A DNA stretch of 63,464 bases, filler included, from 6 parts of 6 records of this genome joined end to end with filler, not necessarily neighbours in it; one strand, 5' to 3'. Shown: positions 1-10,913, counted from the whole stretch's first letter. A program made the numbers and translations. The notes: a model not told the origin generated them from the sequence alone.

Positions 1-556
1 AATAGTACTTGCCCCTGCATTAAAAATCTCCCAGTTATAATCATCCGCATTGGAGACTTCTGCCGAATACAGAGAAGAGTTTTCTTCTCCCTGGCAAAAT
101 TTAGACGTGCCGTTAATTGCCGTAACTGAACCAACAGCCGATCCAACAATAACATCTATCGAAGCAGTAGTTGCCGGTTCACACCTTCCCCGGGCCGTAA
201 CTTTTACAGTTGCTGTATCTGCAAAGGAGTCGTCCCAGGTAACTACTCCTGTTATTGAATCAATAGTACTTGCCCTTGCATTAAATATCTCCCATTTAAA
301 ACTTTCGGCATTCAGGGCTTCTGCGGTATATGTTGAAGTTCCACTTCCCATGCACCGGCTATCCGGTCCGTTAATAATAGAAACCGGTCCTACATAAGGA
401 ATAACATTTACAATTGTTGAGGCTGGTGTTGAAGTTCCACACCCCTGGGCAGTAACCTGTATAGTTGCCGGTCCAGAAAAGCCACTGTCCCAGTTTACAG
501 TGCCGGTTGCAGGGTCAATGGTACTGGTCCCTGCATTAAATATCTCCCATGTATAA
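1..556 (-). repeat. Intragenic direct repeats encoding PKD-like domains (period 255-261 nt, 85-87 aa)
   Basis: aatagtacttgcccctgcattaaaaatctccca at 1, aatagtacttgcccttgcattaaatatctccca at 262, aatggtactggtccctgcattaaatatctccca at 517. Confidence 0.85.
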
Positions 557-2886
557 CTTTCAGCATCAGGAGCTGATGCTGAATAAAAAGATGTTGTCGT
601 TCCCTGGCAAACAACTGTATCACCTGTAGGTTCACTAACCTGTGCAACACCTGTAAGAGTAACAATAGTCACTTCAGAACTGAACAGGGTGGTAGTCCCC
701 GTACAATGCGGGGTAGTACAACTTAGCTTGTAAACATGGGGCCCGGTATCTTTTGGGGTATACCACTGTGTTGTTATCTCTGTAGATATACCGTCTTTGT
801 ACCATTCTACGTTAGTTTCAGTTGTTCTGAGGGTTAAATCGCCGGTACAATAAGTTTTAGGAATGTTATAACCATGTTCTGTCCCTTCAAGGACAAATGT
901 TGGTGGTGTTGTAGGCACCTGCGTTTCTCCTGTAATTGTATGTGTCAGGTGAGTAATGACTTCATCACAGGCATCCTTGTAAGCTCTTACCGTGTAAGTT
1001 CCTTCTGTACCTATATATGCTTCCAGAGGAGCAGCTGGATCCTTGAATACCAGAGTTGTTTGGGAGTCACTTGTTTTAGTAACTTCAGCAACCTGGGAAT
1101 TTCCATTTTTAAGAAGTTCAAAAGTAGTTCCATCTTCAATTGCTGATAAATTATAAAGGTATAGAGTAAAAGTATTTCCCTGGTCGCAATAGGTGTCTCC
1201 TTCTCCGTCAAGACGAACATCGGAAAAGTCGCTTAATAAACCGTCGCTTATGCTAACATAAGCAGATTTGGCAGAGCCGGAACTCCACAGCCCGGTATTC
1301 ATATCTTTTGCCCTGAGATAATAATATCCAGAACCATAACTTGTAGTGGTGGGTTCGTAGAACTGACCGGAACCTAAACTGGTAGAGGTGCCGTATTCAT
1401 TATATTGCCAGTACCAATTTTCCCCGTTTGGAGGAGAACCAACTCTTTCTAATTTTGCTTTTCCTGTGCATAAGCCGTTATAAACAACCTGGGGGGAATT
1501 ATTGGGTATGGATGGCCTTGATGCTCCATTTTGATGTATATCCAGTTCGTCAGAAGTACTCCTTGCTGACACTTTTACTGTTCCATTATTTGGTGATGTG
1601 CTGTCATTCTGGTCAATGCTTAATTCTAAGGTTGTACCGGATTGTTCTAAAGTTACAAAATCTGGTTTTGTGATTGTTAGTTCCGAGAGAGGTATATTTG
1701 TTGTGATGGTAACTGTTTTATCTCCTCCTGATGAACTAACACTCCACGAATGAGAGGAAAGGCTAATACTTGGTTCCTCTCCACTTTGGGAAACATATGT
1801 AGATGCAGTTTCACCTTCCGCGGAAACATGAATGTAACCTTCATTCCGATCTAAACTATTATTGGAAGGACATACAACCGTAATCCTGTCCTCGGAGCGG
1901 GAAGTGGTAATAAAATCCGGAGATGAGATGTTCAGTGATGTAAGTTCGACGTTAGTGGTAATGTCAATATAATCCGTTCCTCCGGATGCCCCAAAACTTA
2001 AGCTTCCCGGACTAAGGCTAATTCGGGGTTCATATTGTATGATATCAACTCGGTCGGATTCTGTTCCGTAAGATACTTCTACCCATCCTTCGCCATCCAT
2101 TGTTGAGGGGTTACATTTAACTCCAAGGCCCAGTCCTTCCTTATAGGCATCATCTACACAGCCTCCAAAGTCCACCGTTAAATCATTGATATCTATGTTT
2201 GTATTTATATCAAAATGTTTTGTCCCTCCGGCATAATCAAACGTATAACTTCTCGGGCTCAGAGTAATATCTGGCGCTTCCCCTGTCTGGGTGACAGAAA
2301 CCGATGTACTAGCTCCCGAGCCACTAACCGTAACACTTCCGGTCCGAGGAGTAATATTATAGTTTCTGCTACATTTAACCGTAACAATATTGTTAGAACG
2401 CGTTGCAGAACTAACACATCCTGATGTTTCAATCGTAAGGTCTGCCAGGGGAATATTGGTAGTAATGTTAAAAGTTTCACCACTTGTTTGATCAGCAGTA
2501 AAGCTTAACGAGGAGGGAGTGCAGGCAATATTGGCTGTGGCATTTACGGTGACTGAAATCATATCGTTATAGCCGTTGAAACTATCATAAGTTTCAACAT
2601 AGATTCCTTCATTGCCTGAGTTATTAAACAGGACATTAACCGTGCTCATGTTTACCCCATCAATATATTCATTGCCAGAGATTGTTGCCCCGTTACTTGT
2701 ATACCATGTATAATAGCCGTTAGGAGAGCTCCCCGAATAATCAGAAAATGTATAGGATCGTGTATCTCCCTGGTCAACAGTCGTTGCCCCTTTAATAGAA
2801 TATTGAGCACAAACTGCTCCGGCAATAAAAATGAACAAGGCAGTTATTACCGTTCTTAGATGTTTTATAGTAGATTGTGTTTGCAT
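1..2886 (-). CDS. Large secreted multi-Ig-like-domain protein (four BACON-like repeats, then PKD-like repeats); probable N-terminal part of a Bacteroidota RHS-core protein; truncated by window edge
   Basis: Not in the ORF track because there is no stop before the edge. I translated it by hand from ATG 2886 and it stays open to base 1 (962 codons). It has a signal peptide (MQTQSTIKHLRTVITALFIFIAGAVCAQ), repeats of the form I-x-L-S-P-x-S-x-x-F-x-x-x-G-G-T...(I)TTN, a GSPPNGENWYWQ...YYLRAK...GLWS motif and three WEIFNA(G/R)xSTI(D) repeats. The RHS core is inferred from context and is not visible. Confidence 0.85.
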   Translation of the reverse strand, partial: MQTQSTIKHLRTVITALFIFIAGAVCAQYSIKGATTVDQGDTRSYTFSDYSGSSPNGYYTWYTSNGATISGNEYIDGVNMSTVNVLFNNSGNEGIYVETYDSFNGYNDMISVTVNATANIACTPSSLSFTADQTSGETFNITTNIPLADLTIETSGCVSSATRSNNIVTVKCSRNYNITPRTGSVTVSGSGASTSVSVTQTGEAPDITLSPRSYTFDYAGGTKHFDINTNIDINDLTVDFGGCVDDAYKEGLGLGVKCNPSTMDGEGWVEVSYGTESDRVDIIQYEPRISLSPGSLSFGASGGTDYIDITTNVELTSLNISSPDFITTSRSEDRITVVCPSNNSLDRNEGYIHVSAEGETASTYVSQSGEEPSISLSSHSWSVSSSGGDKTVTITTNIPLSELTITKPDFVTLEQSGTTLELSIDQNDSTSPNNGTVKVSARSTSDELDIHQNGASRPSIPNNSPQVVYNGLCTGKAKLERVGSPPNGENWYWQYNEYGTSTSLGSGQFYEPTTTSYGSGYYYLRAKDMNTGLWSSGSAKSAYVSISDGLLSDFSDVRLDGEGDTYCDQGNTFTLYLYNLSAIEDGTTFELLKNGNSQVAEVTKTSDSQTTLVFKDPAAPLEAYIGTEGTYTVRAYKDACDEVITHLTHTITGETQVPTTPPTFVLEGTEHGYNIPKTYCTGDLTLRTTETNVEWYKDGISTEITTQWYTPKDTGPHVYKLSCTTPHCTGTTTLFSSEVTIVTLTGVAQVSEPTGDTVVCQGTTTSFYSASAPDAESYTWEIFNAGTSTIDPATGTVNWDSGFSGPATIQVTAQGCGTSTPASTIVNVIPYVGPVSIINGPDSRCMGSGTSTYTAEALNAESFKWEIFNARASTIDSITGVVTWDDSFADTATVKVTARGRCEPATTASIDVIVGSAVGSVTAINGTSKFCQGEENSSLYSAEVSNADDYNWEIFNAGASTI

Positions 2887-2892
2887 GGTTAT

Positions 2893-3366
2893 TTAGTTTT
2901 TTGTTAAATGCCATTCGGCTAACATTACTTTCATTGTTCCACTGTTTGGTATCTGAAGAACCAGGTTATTATTTGAGTAATATCCAATTTGCCCGGTGAA
3001 GACATCTCCGTTTGAAGCTGTCATTTTAAGAGTCGAACCAGTATCATTTAGCAATAAGGTTCCTGAAATCTGGCTGCCATTGGGCAGTTGTTGTAAAAAA
3101 GTACCATCAGCAGAAAAAATATACTGCCTGCCTGAATAATGACTAGTAAACCTAGTATGTCGTGTGGCATCCATTTTATCGTAATATGCCCTGGCTTCGG
3201 GGAGCATGGCATTAACCGAAGCATCTAAATCAAATGTCCATGTCCCTGTTAGGATTGTGGTAATATCAGCAGGATTTTGTTCCTGTGCATAGCCCCTAAT
3301 AGGGGAGATACCTGCTGTAAGAAGCAGGAACAAGAATAGTATCGCGGTTATATTTTGTGTTTTCAT
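2893..3366 (-). CDS. Small secreted lipocalin-like hypothetical protein
   Basis: Within ORF 2893..3492. The likely start is MKTQNITAILFLFLLLTAG (ATG 3366), which gives a signal peptide and removes the overlap with the upstream gene. The ILTGTWTF GxW motif is typical of Bacteroidota lipocalin-like domains. Confidence 0.65.
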   Translation of the reverse strand: MKTQNITAILFLFLLLTAGISPIRGYAQEQNPADITTILTGTWTFDLDASVNAMLPEARAYYDKMDATRHTRFTSHYSGRQYIFSADGTFLQQLPNGSQISGTLLLNDTGSTLKMTASNGDVFTGQIGYYSNNNLVLQIPNSGTMKVMLAEWHLTKN

Positions 3367-3421
3367 TGTATAAGAAGTGTTTGTTATATCTGGATTTAGT
3401 AATAATGTTTCCCGGCAAAGC

Positions 3422-6400
3422 TTAATTGTTTGCTGATTGTTGTCCTGCATAATGGTAATTGTAATGGTTAAGAATTTTTCCATCATTGTCACGCACTGTT
3501 TTTAACCGGCCAAAAATGTCGTATTCGTAATAGGTACTTTTGCCGTTTGTATCGGTTTGAGATGTCAGACCTATAAGGGGCTTATACGTATAATAAGTTA
3601 CCATGCAGTCAGAATCGGAAAGAACCGAGGATAGTGCTGTTTCCATATTGCCAATATCAGAGGAAACATCAGAAGCAATATCGCTGTTAGAAAACGGAAT
3701 ATTATCTACATTTGACTGCAGAGTACTGGCATTAAGTCCATCATCACTACTTACTATTTTTGCAACCGGATATTGGTTGTTGTAGCCCCATATGTAATAC
3801 TGGTAAAGTCCGTCGCGGGTTAAAGCTTTGGTCAAACGACCGGATGAGTTGTAGTCAATGAATTTAATTTCCGGGGTATTGCCATAATCAGAATCTTTAG
3901 CAGTGCCGGTAAACTCGTCGATAGAAGCTAATGGAGAGGTGATTTGCAAGATGTAATTTTCATCTGGAACATAATTACCATCATCTTCTTTATAAGTGGT
4001 TAAACTACTCTTGGTAATTTTTCCGTCAACTTTGGTTATTTGTTCAACAGGATAATTATGCATGTTCTTTGAGACCATATCACTGTAAACTCCTGTGCCT
4101 ATATCGGAAGGGTAACGGTATTTGTTTTCAGTTAAGTTTCCGTTGCTGTTAGTAATCTTCGCCGAACTTGTTAAAAAGGAAATCGGGTTTTGCTCATAAT
4201 CGATCATTTTTGTTACAGTTTCTGTATTAATTCTATCTATTGTAGTTTTTTTCATTAAGTAAAATGGCGATGACTGAATTCGATGTGGATAAAAGAAATA
4301 CCAAACATTATTCATATTAGCAATTTCTCTTAGAGGCATAAATCCATTTGTCAAAAATGCTATTGTATTTACATTCCCTTCATATGAATTATTTGTATTC
4401 TCCTCGGTAAGAGGGAATGGTGTGTTTTGGATATTTGGTATTTGGTTAACCATGTCAGGAGTTTCGTCATAAAAGTTATATTCATAAGTAATAGACTTGT
4501 CAGGATCTCCATATTGGTTCGTTGCAGAGTAGTGTAACTCCTCTAAAAGTAATCCCCTTTTCCAGTCAAGACTTTGTATTTTTGGATATGGCCAAAAGTG
4601 TGATGCTTCTAAATTCCCATCAGGATAGTCATCGTTTGAAGTAAAATATGAAACGGTACGACCTCCTGAACCATTCTCTCCATATTCTACTGTTACTTTC
4701 TTATATCCAAAGTTTTCACCCCCTGTTATGTAAAGTGGTGAGTTGTTGAAGGTTCCAAAAAATATTGAATTAAATCCGGTTCTATTCGAGCACCACTCTA
4801 TCTCATCTTGAGTCTTTTCAAAGTCATGAATGAAACAAGGATCTCTCTGTATTGCGATTGGCAAATAACCAATTTTTCCTGATGAAACCGGTACCAATCC
4901 ATCCTCAGAAACGCTAAAGTTATAATTATACTTTCTAACTATTTCTTTTGAAGTGACAGGATCAAAATCTGTTATTTTTTTTATTCGTAATCCTCCAACA
5001 AGAATCTCATCGGTGGAATTTACCTGTGAGCTTTGAGAAGTTAAAGCAGGTCCAATCCAATCGGCATTAAAATAGGCATAAGAGCCAATACAGTCAAAGG
5101 CATCGTTCCATTTTACTTTTAAACGATATACCGAATTACAATCCAGACTATAGCTTCTATCAAAATATACAGTTGAAATTTTAGTTTTGAAAGTTCCATC
5201 AATAATATCTAATTCTTCCAAAGTTAAGGAAAGGGCGGTGTCCCAAAACTTTCCACTTGCTCCAGGTGGTTGAATATAATTACACGTGCATGGATTTTCT
5301 CCCGACATAATATGAGATGTAAAATGTACAGCGTCGGATAAGAGAAGTTCACTGCTACAGTTTAGCACAAATGCATCACTATAACCTTCATCATTACCAT
5401 TTGTATTTAAGACCGAAATCCCAGCGGTATAATTTTGTATACCATCAAGTATTGATTCTAATACTTGCTTGATATTTAAATAACCAAGGGAAGCATTATT
5501 TATTGGGATTCTGGCAACATTATTCTCGTATTCAAACTCGGTGTAACCACCTGTTGGATATATTATTTTTTTGAGAGTACCGTATCTCGACCGTTCAGTA
5601 TCGATAGCCCGACTTTCAACGCCTGATGGTCGCAGAAATCTGCCAACGAAATTATCTTCATTAGCTTGTAACCAATACGGTTCTAGGCTTGTATTATTTG
5701 CACCATTGTAATACCCCCATAAATCCTGGCTCATACTCATTCTTGCTGGAAGTCCAAATGTATTTGTCAAGCCTGGGCCTTCTACATATTCAAAAGAATA
5801 AATTTCAGACTTCGAGTTTGATGGCGAAGTGAATTCTACTGAATTTAACGCAAGACGGAAGTTATTGTCATCTACAGAATAATTTCCATTAACCGGATTA
5901 TTTGTTACAAGTTTTATGTTTTTATATTCTTCATAACCAGAATCTGTTTTTCTATATATTTGGATTTTGTCAAGTACTTTATCATTTATTAAATCTTTCC
6001 TATTTGAACCGGGGACAAAGACAATTTTACCTTGTGGAAATATAATTTCTTTGAGGCGCAAAACCTTCGCAAATGAAGTTCTTACACGTTCCATTACATT
6101 TTTATGAATATTGGGTCTTTCTACAAATTCCAGATCATAGTTATAGTAGTCATAAGAGAAAAAAATCTGCTCACCTGTTGGTAATTTAATTTCGTTAATA
6201 TACCATGTATTAATCGAAGGTTCATCACGCATCCCATATGGGTGAGTTATTTCAAACTCTAGGCTATCAGGCTCTATCCGTGATTGTCCAAAAATATATT
6301 CGATCCCTTTGTCATTGGTAATTGTCCATTGTGAGAAAAATTGTTTATTGTACGAATAAAAACTTTTTGATGGATAATTATTTTTAATTATATAATTGTT

Positions 6401-7003
6401 TTTTGGAATGCTATGAACTTGATTAGTTGGATTCAGAATGAATTTTCCGGATTCATAACCGCAATTAAAATAAAAGTAATCGCTTTCTGTATCATATCCT
6501 GAGGCTCTTAAATTTTGGATAGAATTATTTAATTGCATTTTTGTTAATTCATCTTTTGTCCTGATACCAACCGATGAATATTTCTCCCAGGCTGAATATA
6601 TGGAATCAAAAATTTCTGTACTACTCAGGAAGGAAATATCATTTTCGAAGGCAGAATACCTATCTATCATTTCTTCATCTCTAATTCCATTTTGTTTTCT
6701 GTTTAACACTCCTCCCGCATTCAATGTCCAGCCCATTCCTACCCATGGTGCTACATTTTCCACTTTTATACCTCCTGCATGATAATTTAGGGAGATAGGT
6801 AGCTCAAAGTCTTTAATTTTTATTGAGTATAACGGAACCGAAATTTTTGGGATTCCAGTGTAAAGAGACACCGGGACATCTCCATATTTTGCAAAACTTG
6901 CAGCGTTTGGGGAGATCGGTGAAATCTCCGTTGACTGAGCAAAGGAGTAAAATCCTCCTTTTACTAGAAAAAGTAGAAGAAAAAGGAAACATGTTTTTTT
7001 CAT
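3422..7003 (-). CDS. Secreted YD-repeat (RHS-repeat family) protein, Bacteroidota type
   Basis: Within ORF 3422..7054, likely start MKKTCF (7003) with signal peptide. Family motifs: SPNAASFAKYGDVPVSLYTGIP, ISLNYHAGGIKV, WVGMGWTLNAGG, DLWGYYNG, GTLKKIIYPTGG, GGLRIKKI, and C-terminal YTYKPLIGLTSQTDTNGKSTYYEYDIFGRLKTVRD. Confidence 0.85.
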   Translation of the reverse strand: MKKTCFLFLLLFLVKGGFYSFAQSTEISPISPNAASFAKYGDVPVSLYTGIPKISVPLYSIKIKDFELPISLNYHAGGIKVENVAPWVGMGWTLNAGGVLNRKQNGIRDEEMIDRYSAFENDISFLSSTEIFDSIYSAWEKYSSVGIRTKDELTKMQLNNSIQNLRASGYDTESDYFYFNCGYESGKFILNPTNQVHSIPKNNYIIKNNYPSKSFYSYNKQFFSQWTITNDKGIEYIFGQSRIEPDSLEFEITHPYGMRDEPSINTWYINEIKLPTGEQIFFSYDYYNYDLEFVERPNIHKNVMERVRTSFAKVLRLKEIIFPQGKIVFVPGSNRKDLINDKVLDKIQIYRKTDSGYEEYKNIKLVTNNPVNGNYSVDDNNFRLALNSVEFTSPSNSKSEIYSFEYVEGPGLTNTFGLPARMSMSQDLWGYYNGANNTSLEPYWLQANEDNFVGRFLRPSGVESRAIDTERSRYGTLKKIIYPTGGYTEFEYENNVARIPINNASLGYLNIKQVLESILDGIQNYTAGISVLNTNGNDEGYSDAFVLNCSSELLLSDAVHFTSHIMSGENPCTCNYIQPPGASGKFWDTALSLTLEELDIIDGTFKTKISTVYFDRSYSLDCNSVYRLKVKWNDAFDCIGSYAYFNADWIGPALTSQSSQVNSTDEILVGGLRIKKITDFDPVTSKEIVRKYNYNFSVSEDGLVPVSSGKIGYLPIAIQRDPCFIHDFEKTQDEIEWCSNRTGFNSIFFGTFNNSPLYITGGENFGYKKVTVEYGENGSGGRTVSYFTSNDDYPDGNLEASHFWPYPKIQSLDWKRGLLLEELHYSATNQYGDPDKSITYEYNFYDETPDMVNQIPNIQNTPFPLTEENTNNSYEGNVNTIAFLTNGFMPLREIANMNNVWYFFYPHRIQSSPFYLMKKTTIDRINTETVTKMIDYEQNPISFLTSSAKITNSNGNLTENKYRYPSDIGTGVYSDMVSKNMHNYPVEQITKVDGKITKSSLTTYKEDDGNYVPDENYILQITSPLASIDEFTGTAKDSDYGNTPEIKFIDYNSSGRLTKALTRDGLYQYYIWGYNNQYPVAKIVSSDDGLNASTLQSNVDNIPFSNSDIASDVSSDIGNMETALSSVLSDSDCMVTYYTYKPLIGLTSQTDTNGKSTYYEYDIFGRLKTVRDNDGKILNHYNYHYAGQQSANN

Positions 7004-7799
7004 GATAACTGTATTTGAAGTTTGTTTAAATTTTTTGTGTAAAATAATCGCCATATGACATATTCATAATTAACATAATGTTTAATAGAGAGGTTATAAT
7101 AATTCCATTAATACACATTATGTAAGTTACAATATCAGTTTAGGCATAAACCTGTCAATATTCGACACCGGTTTAGCTTAATGTCATTATGTTTTGGATA
7201 TTTTTAGGGGTATAAAAAATTATTACTGTACATCATTTTGAGGTTTTGGGTTTATCTAAGTAACTAAATTTTAAAATTCAGTTGTTAATTTTTAATCAGG
7301 TATGTGTTTTTTTTTGCATGAACTTAAGGGTATATTTTAATTTTTAGTTGGTCAAATAAAATGAAAAAAATTAGGATTGGATTTAGGGAAGGTGTTAAAT
7401 AACACCTTTATTGGAATTTATTAATGTGGCACAGTCGTAATTAATTGAAATTTAAAGCAATATGAAGGTCGAAAAAATATGGCTTTAAAAAGAATATGGA
7501 ATTGTAACTATCTTTAATTTGTGGAATGTCAAACAAAAGATTAATATTGACGGCGTAAAAAATAGATTAGACCATTAATCTATTAAGATGGATGTAAAAA
7601 TATAAATTTTTTAGTGACGATAAACTGTTAGGATTTGGAGATACCTTGTATTTCTGAAAAATTAGAGTATTGTCTGAACGCAATAAACCTTGTTAAACAC
7701 ATATAGATAACCAAAACATTTATAAAAACGCCTATGCTGTTCCCTCTGATATTCTTATTGAGCTTTTTGCTTGGCTGTGTTTTATTTTGCCTTAACAAT

Positions 7800-9671
7800 A
7801 TGTTAAGTGTAAGTTTTTCAAGAAACAAATTTTTCCGATTAATTTATGTTTGCGGATTTGTGCTGTTACTATTTGGAACACATAAATTATCTGGACAGTC
7901 AAAAAAGGAACAGATAACTACTGTTTTAGATTCTCTGGCAAGCCATAATACTGCTCTTATACAGGAGGTCGATATCTCAGTTAGTGATATTCCATTGAAA
8001 GAACTCATTCGGATTCTGGGTAATACCACCGGCCTAAATATATCGGTGGAATCTAATGTGAATATTAAAGTAAATTCAAATTTTAATAAGGTAAAAGCAA
8101 AAGATGTTATTGATTTTTTGTGTTCTAATTACAATCTTAGACTTGAAGCATATGGGGATATTCTTCATCTGAAATCGATTGTTGAACGAAAAGATCATCT
8201 CGAAGTTGTTTATAATAGACAAGATTCAATTTTAAATTATTCTTTTGAAAATATTGAGGCCCAGCAGTTCTTTCAGGAACTTACCCAAAAAACAGATATA
8301 AATTTTATCCTTAATCCGGGAATAAAGAAGATTAGAATTAGCGGATTTGGCAAGAATATAAAATTTGTAGACGCGTTAACACAAATAGGAAGTTCAAGCG
8401 AGTTAAATATCAGAAAGAATACAGAAGGACTGTTTATGGTAGTACCAGCCATAAAAAATGATATTAATAAGAACGGGCTAACTTCCAAAAGGCTTAAACC
8501 GGTTTCAATAACTTACCAAAATAATTACATCAGCCTGTCTGCCAATAATTCAAAGATTGTTGACATTCTTGAGAATCTTGAAAAACAAAGTAATTATCAC
8601 TTTTCATATTTAAATCCAATAGAAGATTTTGTATCCATCAATTTAACTAATGAAACTGCGGAATCTTTCTTTAAGCATCTTTTTTATGGTACAAAAAATA
8701 CTTATAAACTTGACGGGAATACTATTTTCGTGGGAAGCAGAACTTTACCGGAAATAAAAACCTGTGAATTAATTAAACTTAATAACAGGAGAGTAGATTC
8801 ATTATTACATGTTTTACCAAAAGAATTAATGGACGGATTCTCGATTGAAGAATTCCATGAACAGAATAGCCTGATTGTCTGGGGAGATGCGGACAAAATA
8901 TATGAATTTAGGAATGTAATAAAAAAGATCGATCTCTCCGTTCCTGTCATTCTTATAGATGTAATCATTGTAGATTCTTCAAAGGAATTTTTAGTAGAAA
9001 CGGGCATCGATGCAGGACTTGGGGAGTCACCCATTGAAACAAAGGGAACGATTAATCCAGGGGTAAATTTTGATATGAATGCAAGTTCTGTAAACAAATT
9101 TCTGGATCGTATTGGCCTGACAAACCTGGGAAGAGTGAGTCCGAATTTTTACCTAAAACTAAAGGCTATGGAGTCGGACGGTATTGTTGAAATCAGAAGT
9201 ACACCGCAACTTTCAACCATTAACGGGCACTCAGCGTCACTGGCGGTGGGCCAAACTGAATATTACAAGGAAGAATTGTCGAATATATGGGGATATCAAA
9301 ATCCTCAGTTACAAACACAGTCTACCTACAAACCAGTTGAAGCCAAACTTCAGGTGGTAATCAGGCCTTTTGTAACAGGAAACGGGCACGTATCACTTGA
9401 TATTGATGTTCTTCAGTCTGAATTTACGACAAGAATAAGTGACAATGCCCCTCCCGGTATGGTTTCCAGAGAATTCAAATCAAAAATTAATGTTAAAAAC
9501 CAGGACTTGATACTCCTCGGAGGTTTGGAGGAGAACTCCAGCAGTGTTACCTCTAAAGGCCTGCCATTATTGTCAAGGATTCCCGTAATAAAGTGGTTCT
9601 TTTCATCCCGTTCTGATAAGAAAGAGAAAAAGCATTTGAATGTTTTTATAAAACCCACAGTATTCTACTAA
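7800..9671 (+). CDS. gspD: Type II secretion/type IV pilus family outer-membrane secretin (GspD/PilQ-like)
   Basis: Within ORF 7734..9671, likely start ATG 7800. N-terminal STN/N-like domains. Secretin C-domain motifs VPVILIDVIIVD, LKAMESDG, STPQLSTINGHSASL, LILLGGL, KGLPLLSRIPVIKWFFSS, LNVFIKP. Confidence 0.9.
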   Translation: MLSVSFSRNKFFRLIYVCGFVLLLFGTHKLSGQSKKEQITTVLDSLASHNTALIQEVDISVSDIPLKELIRILGNTTGLNISVESNVNIKVNSNFNKVKAKDVIDFLCSNYNLRLEAYGDILHLKSIVERKDHLEVVYNRQDSILNYSFENIEAQQFFQELTQKTDINFILNPGIKKIRISGFGKNIKFVDALTQIGSSSELNIRKNTEGLFMVVPAIKNDINKNGLTSKRLKPVSITYQNNYISLSANNSKIVDILENLEKQSNYHFSYLNPIEDFVSINLTNETAESFFKHLFYGTKNTYKLDGNTIFVGSRTLPEIKTCELIKLNNRRVDSLLHVLPKELMDGFSIEEFHEQNSLIVWGDADKIYEFRNVIKKIDLSVPVILIDVIIVDSSKEFLVETGIDAGLGESPIETKGTINPGVNFDMNASSVNKFLDRIGLTNLGRVSPNFYLKLKAMESDGIVEIRSTPQLSTINGHSASLAVGQTEYYKEELSNIWGYQNPQLQTQSTYKPVEAKLQVVIRPFVTGNGHVSLDIDVLQSEFTTRISDNAPPGMVSREFKSKINVKNQDLILLGGLEENSSSVTSKGLPLLSRIPVIKWFFSSRSDKKEKKHLNVFIKPTVFY

Positions 9672-9679
9672 CTTTTGTC

Positions 9680-10888
9680 GTGAATTTTCTACTCAACATA
9701 TCACCTCATTTAAAATATAACAAGTGTTATGTTCTTGTATATGAAATTAAAGAAACGTCAGTTTTTTCGCTATTCCGTGTGGAACAAACGAAGGGAGAGG
9801 TAGACACTGAGATAATACTTGAAAATGCTTCGGATATTAATTTGTTAGAAAACAACAAACTAAAAACAAAAGGGCAACCTTTCATTTTGGCCTTGTTTGG
9901 CGAAGGAATCGTACAAAGAACCTGTAAAGGGAGTGTTGATGAATTACATACTGTAATACCAAATATTAATATCGACGACTATTTTATTTGTTCATCCGAA
10001 GCCGGTGATGATAATAGATTGGTGGCCTTATTAAAACTACAGGCTTTACAAAGCATCGTTAATGAGCTTAATGAATTAAATATATTGATATGGGATGTTA
10101 CTCTTGGTTTTGTAGATATCGTGCGCCACAGAAAAATATTATCCATAGAACGAAGCCACTTTTATGTTGGAAATCAATATCTGAAGATAGAAGAAAATAC
10201 AGTTAAAACCGGAAAGAGGACTACCTCAGAAGAAAATAATTTGAATGAAACATCTCCTGACAGTACCAGACAGAATATTGCGATGGGAGGAGCAGTTTCT
10301 TTTTTCCTTAATATCAGTAATTCAACAGGGACACAACCATCAATTTTACTTGAGAACAAAAAAGAATTAACCGCTGCAAAAATTAGTTCCGTACTGACTA
10401 AATATTTTTTGCCTGCTTTAATGATTTTATTACTCATTAACTTTGTACTTTTTGATCGCATTCAGGGCGCAAATAACGAGCTTTCGGGAGTACTTGCCAA
10501 TAACAGTAAAATCAAACATCAAATAGAAAGTCTGAAATCACAAATCAGTGATGAAGAAGAGTTTTATAAACAAACCAACCAACACAGGAATAGAAAATAT
10601 GCTTTTTATATTGACCGAATTTCATCTTTAGCTCCATCTGGAATAAAGTTTGAAAAACTTACTGTAAACCCAATCCTGAAAAAGATTCGAAAAAATGAAA
10701 TGATAAGCTACAAAAGAAGGGAGATTGAAGTAAGTGGTTTAGCAAATAACGCGGATTGTTTTAGTCAGTTTCTAATGAATGTTGATACAACTTCAATAGA
10801 TCTGAAAATAACAAAACAAGCCTATAACTATGATAGTGAGAAGGGCAAAGCAAAATTTGAAATTGTAATACAATTTCCTGAAAAGTAG
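9680..10888 (+). CDS. PilM/PilN (GspL)-like assembly-platform protein
   Basis: Directly downstream of the secretin. Cytoplasmic N-domain, one TM segment (YFLPALMILLLINFVLF), coiled coil, then a PilN-like C-domain (IEVSG...F...AKFEIVI). Confidence 0.6.
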   Translation: MNFLLNISPHLKYNKCYVLVYEIKETSVFSLFRVEQTKGEVDTEIILENASDINLLENNKLKTKGQPFILALFGEGIVQRTCKGSVDELHTVIPNINIDDYFICSSEAGDDNRLVALLKLQALQSIVNELNELNILIWDVTLGFVDIVRHRKILSIERSHFYVGNQYLKIEENTVKTGKRTTSEENNLNETSPDSTRQNIAMGGAVSFFLNISNSTGTQPSILLENKKELTAAKISSVLTKYFLPALMILLLINFVLFDRIQGANNELSGVLANNSKIKHQIESLKSQISDEEEFYKQTNQHRNRKYAFYIDRISSLAPSGIKFEKLTVNPILKKIRKNEMISYKRREIEVSGLANNADCFSQFLMNVDTTSIDLKITKQAYNYDSEKGKAKFEIVIQFPEK

Positions 10889-10913
10889 GTGAATGAGAAC
10901 TGATATAAAATAA

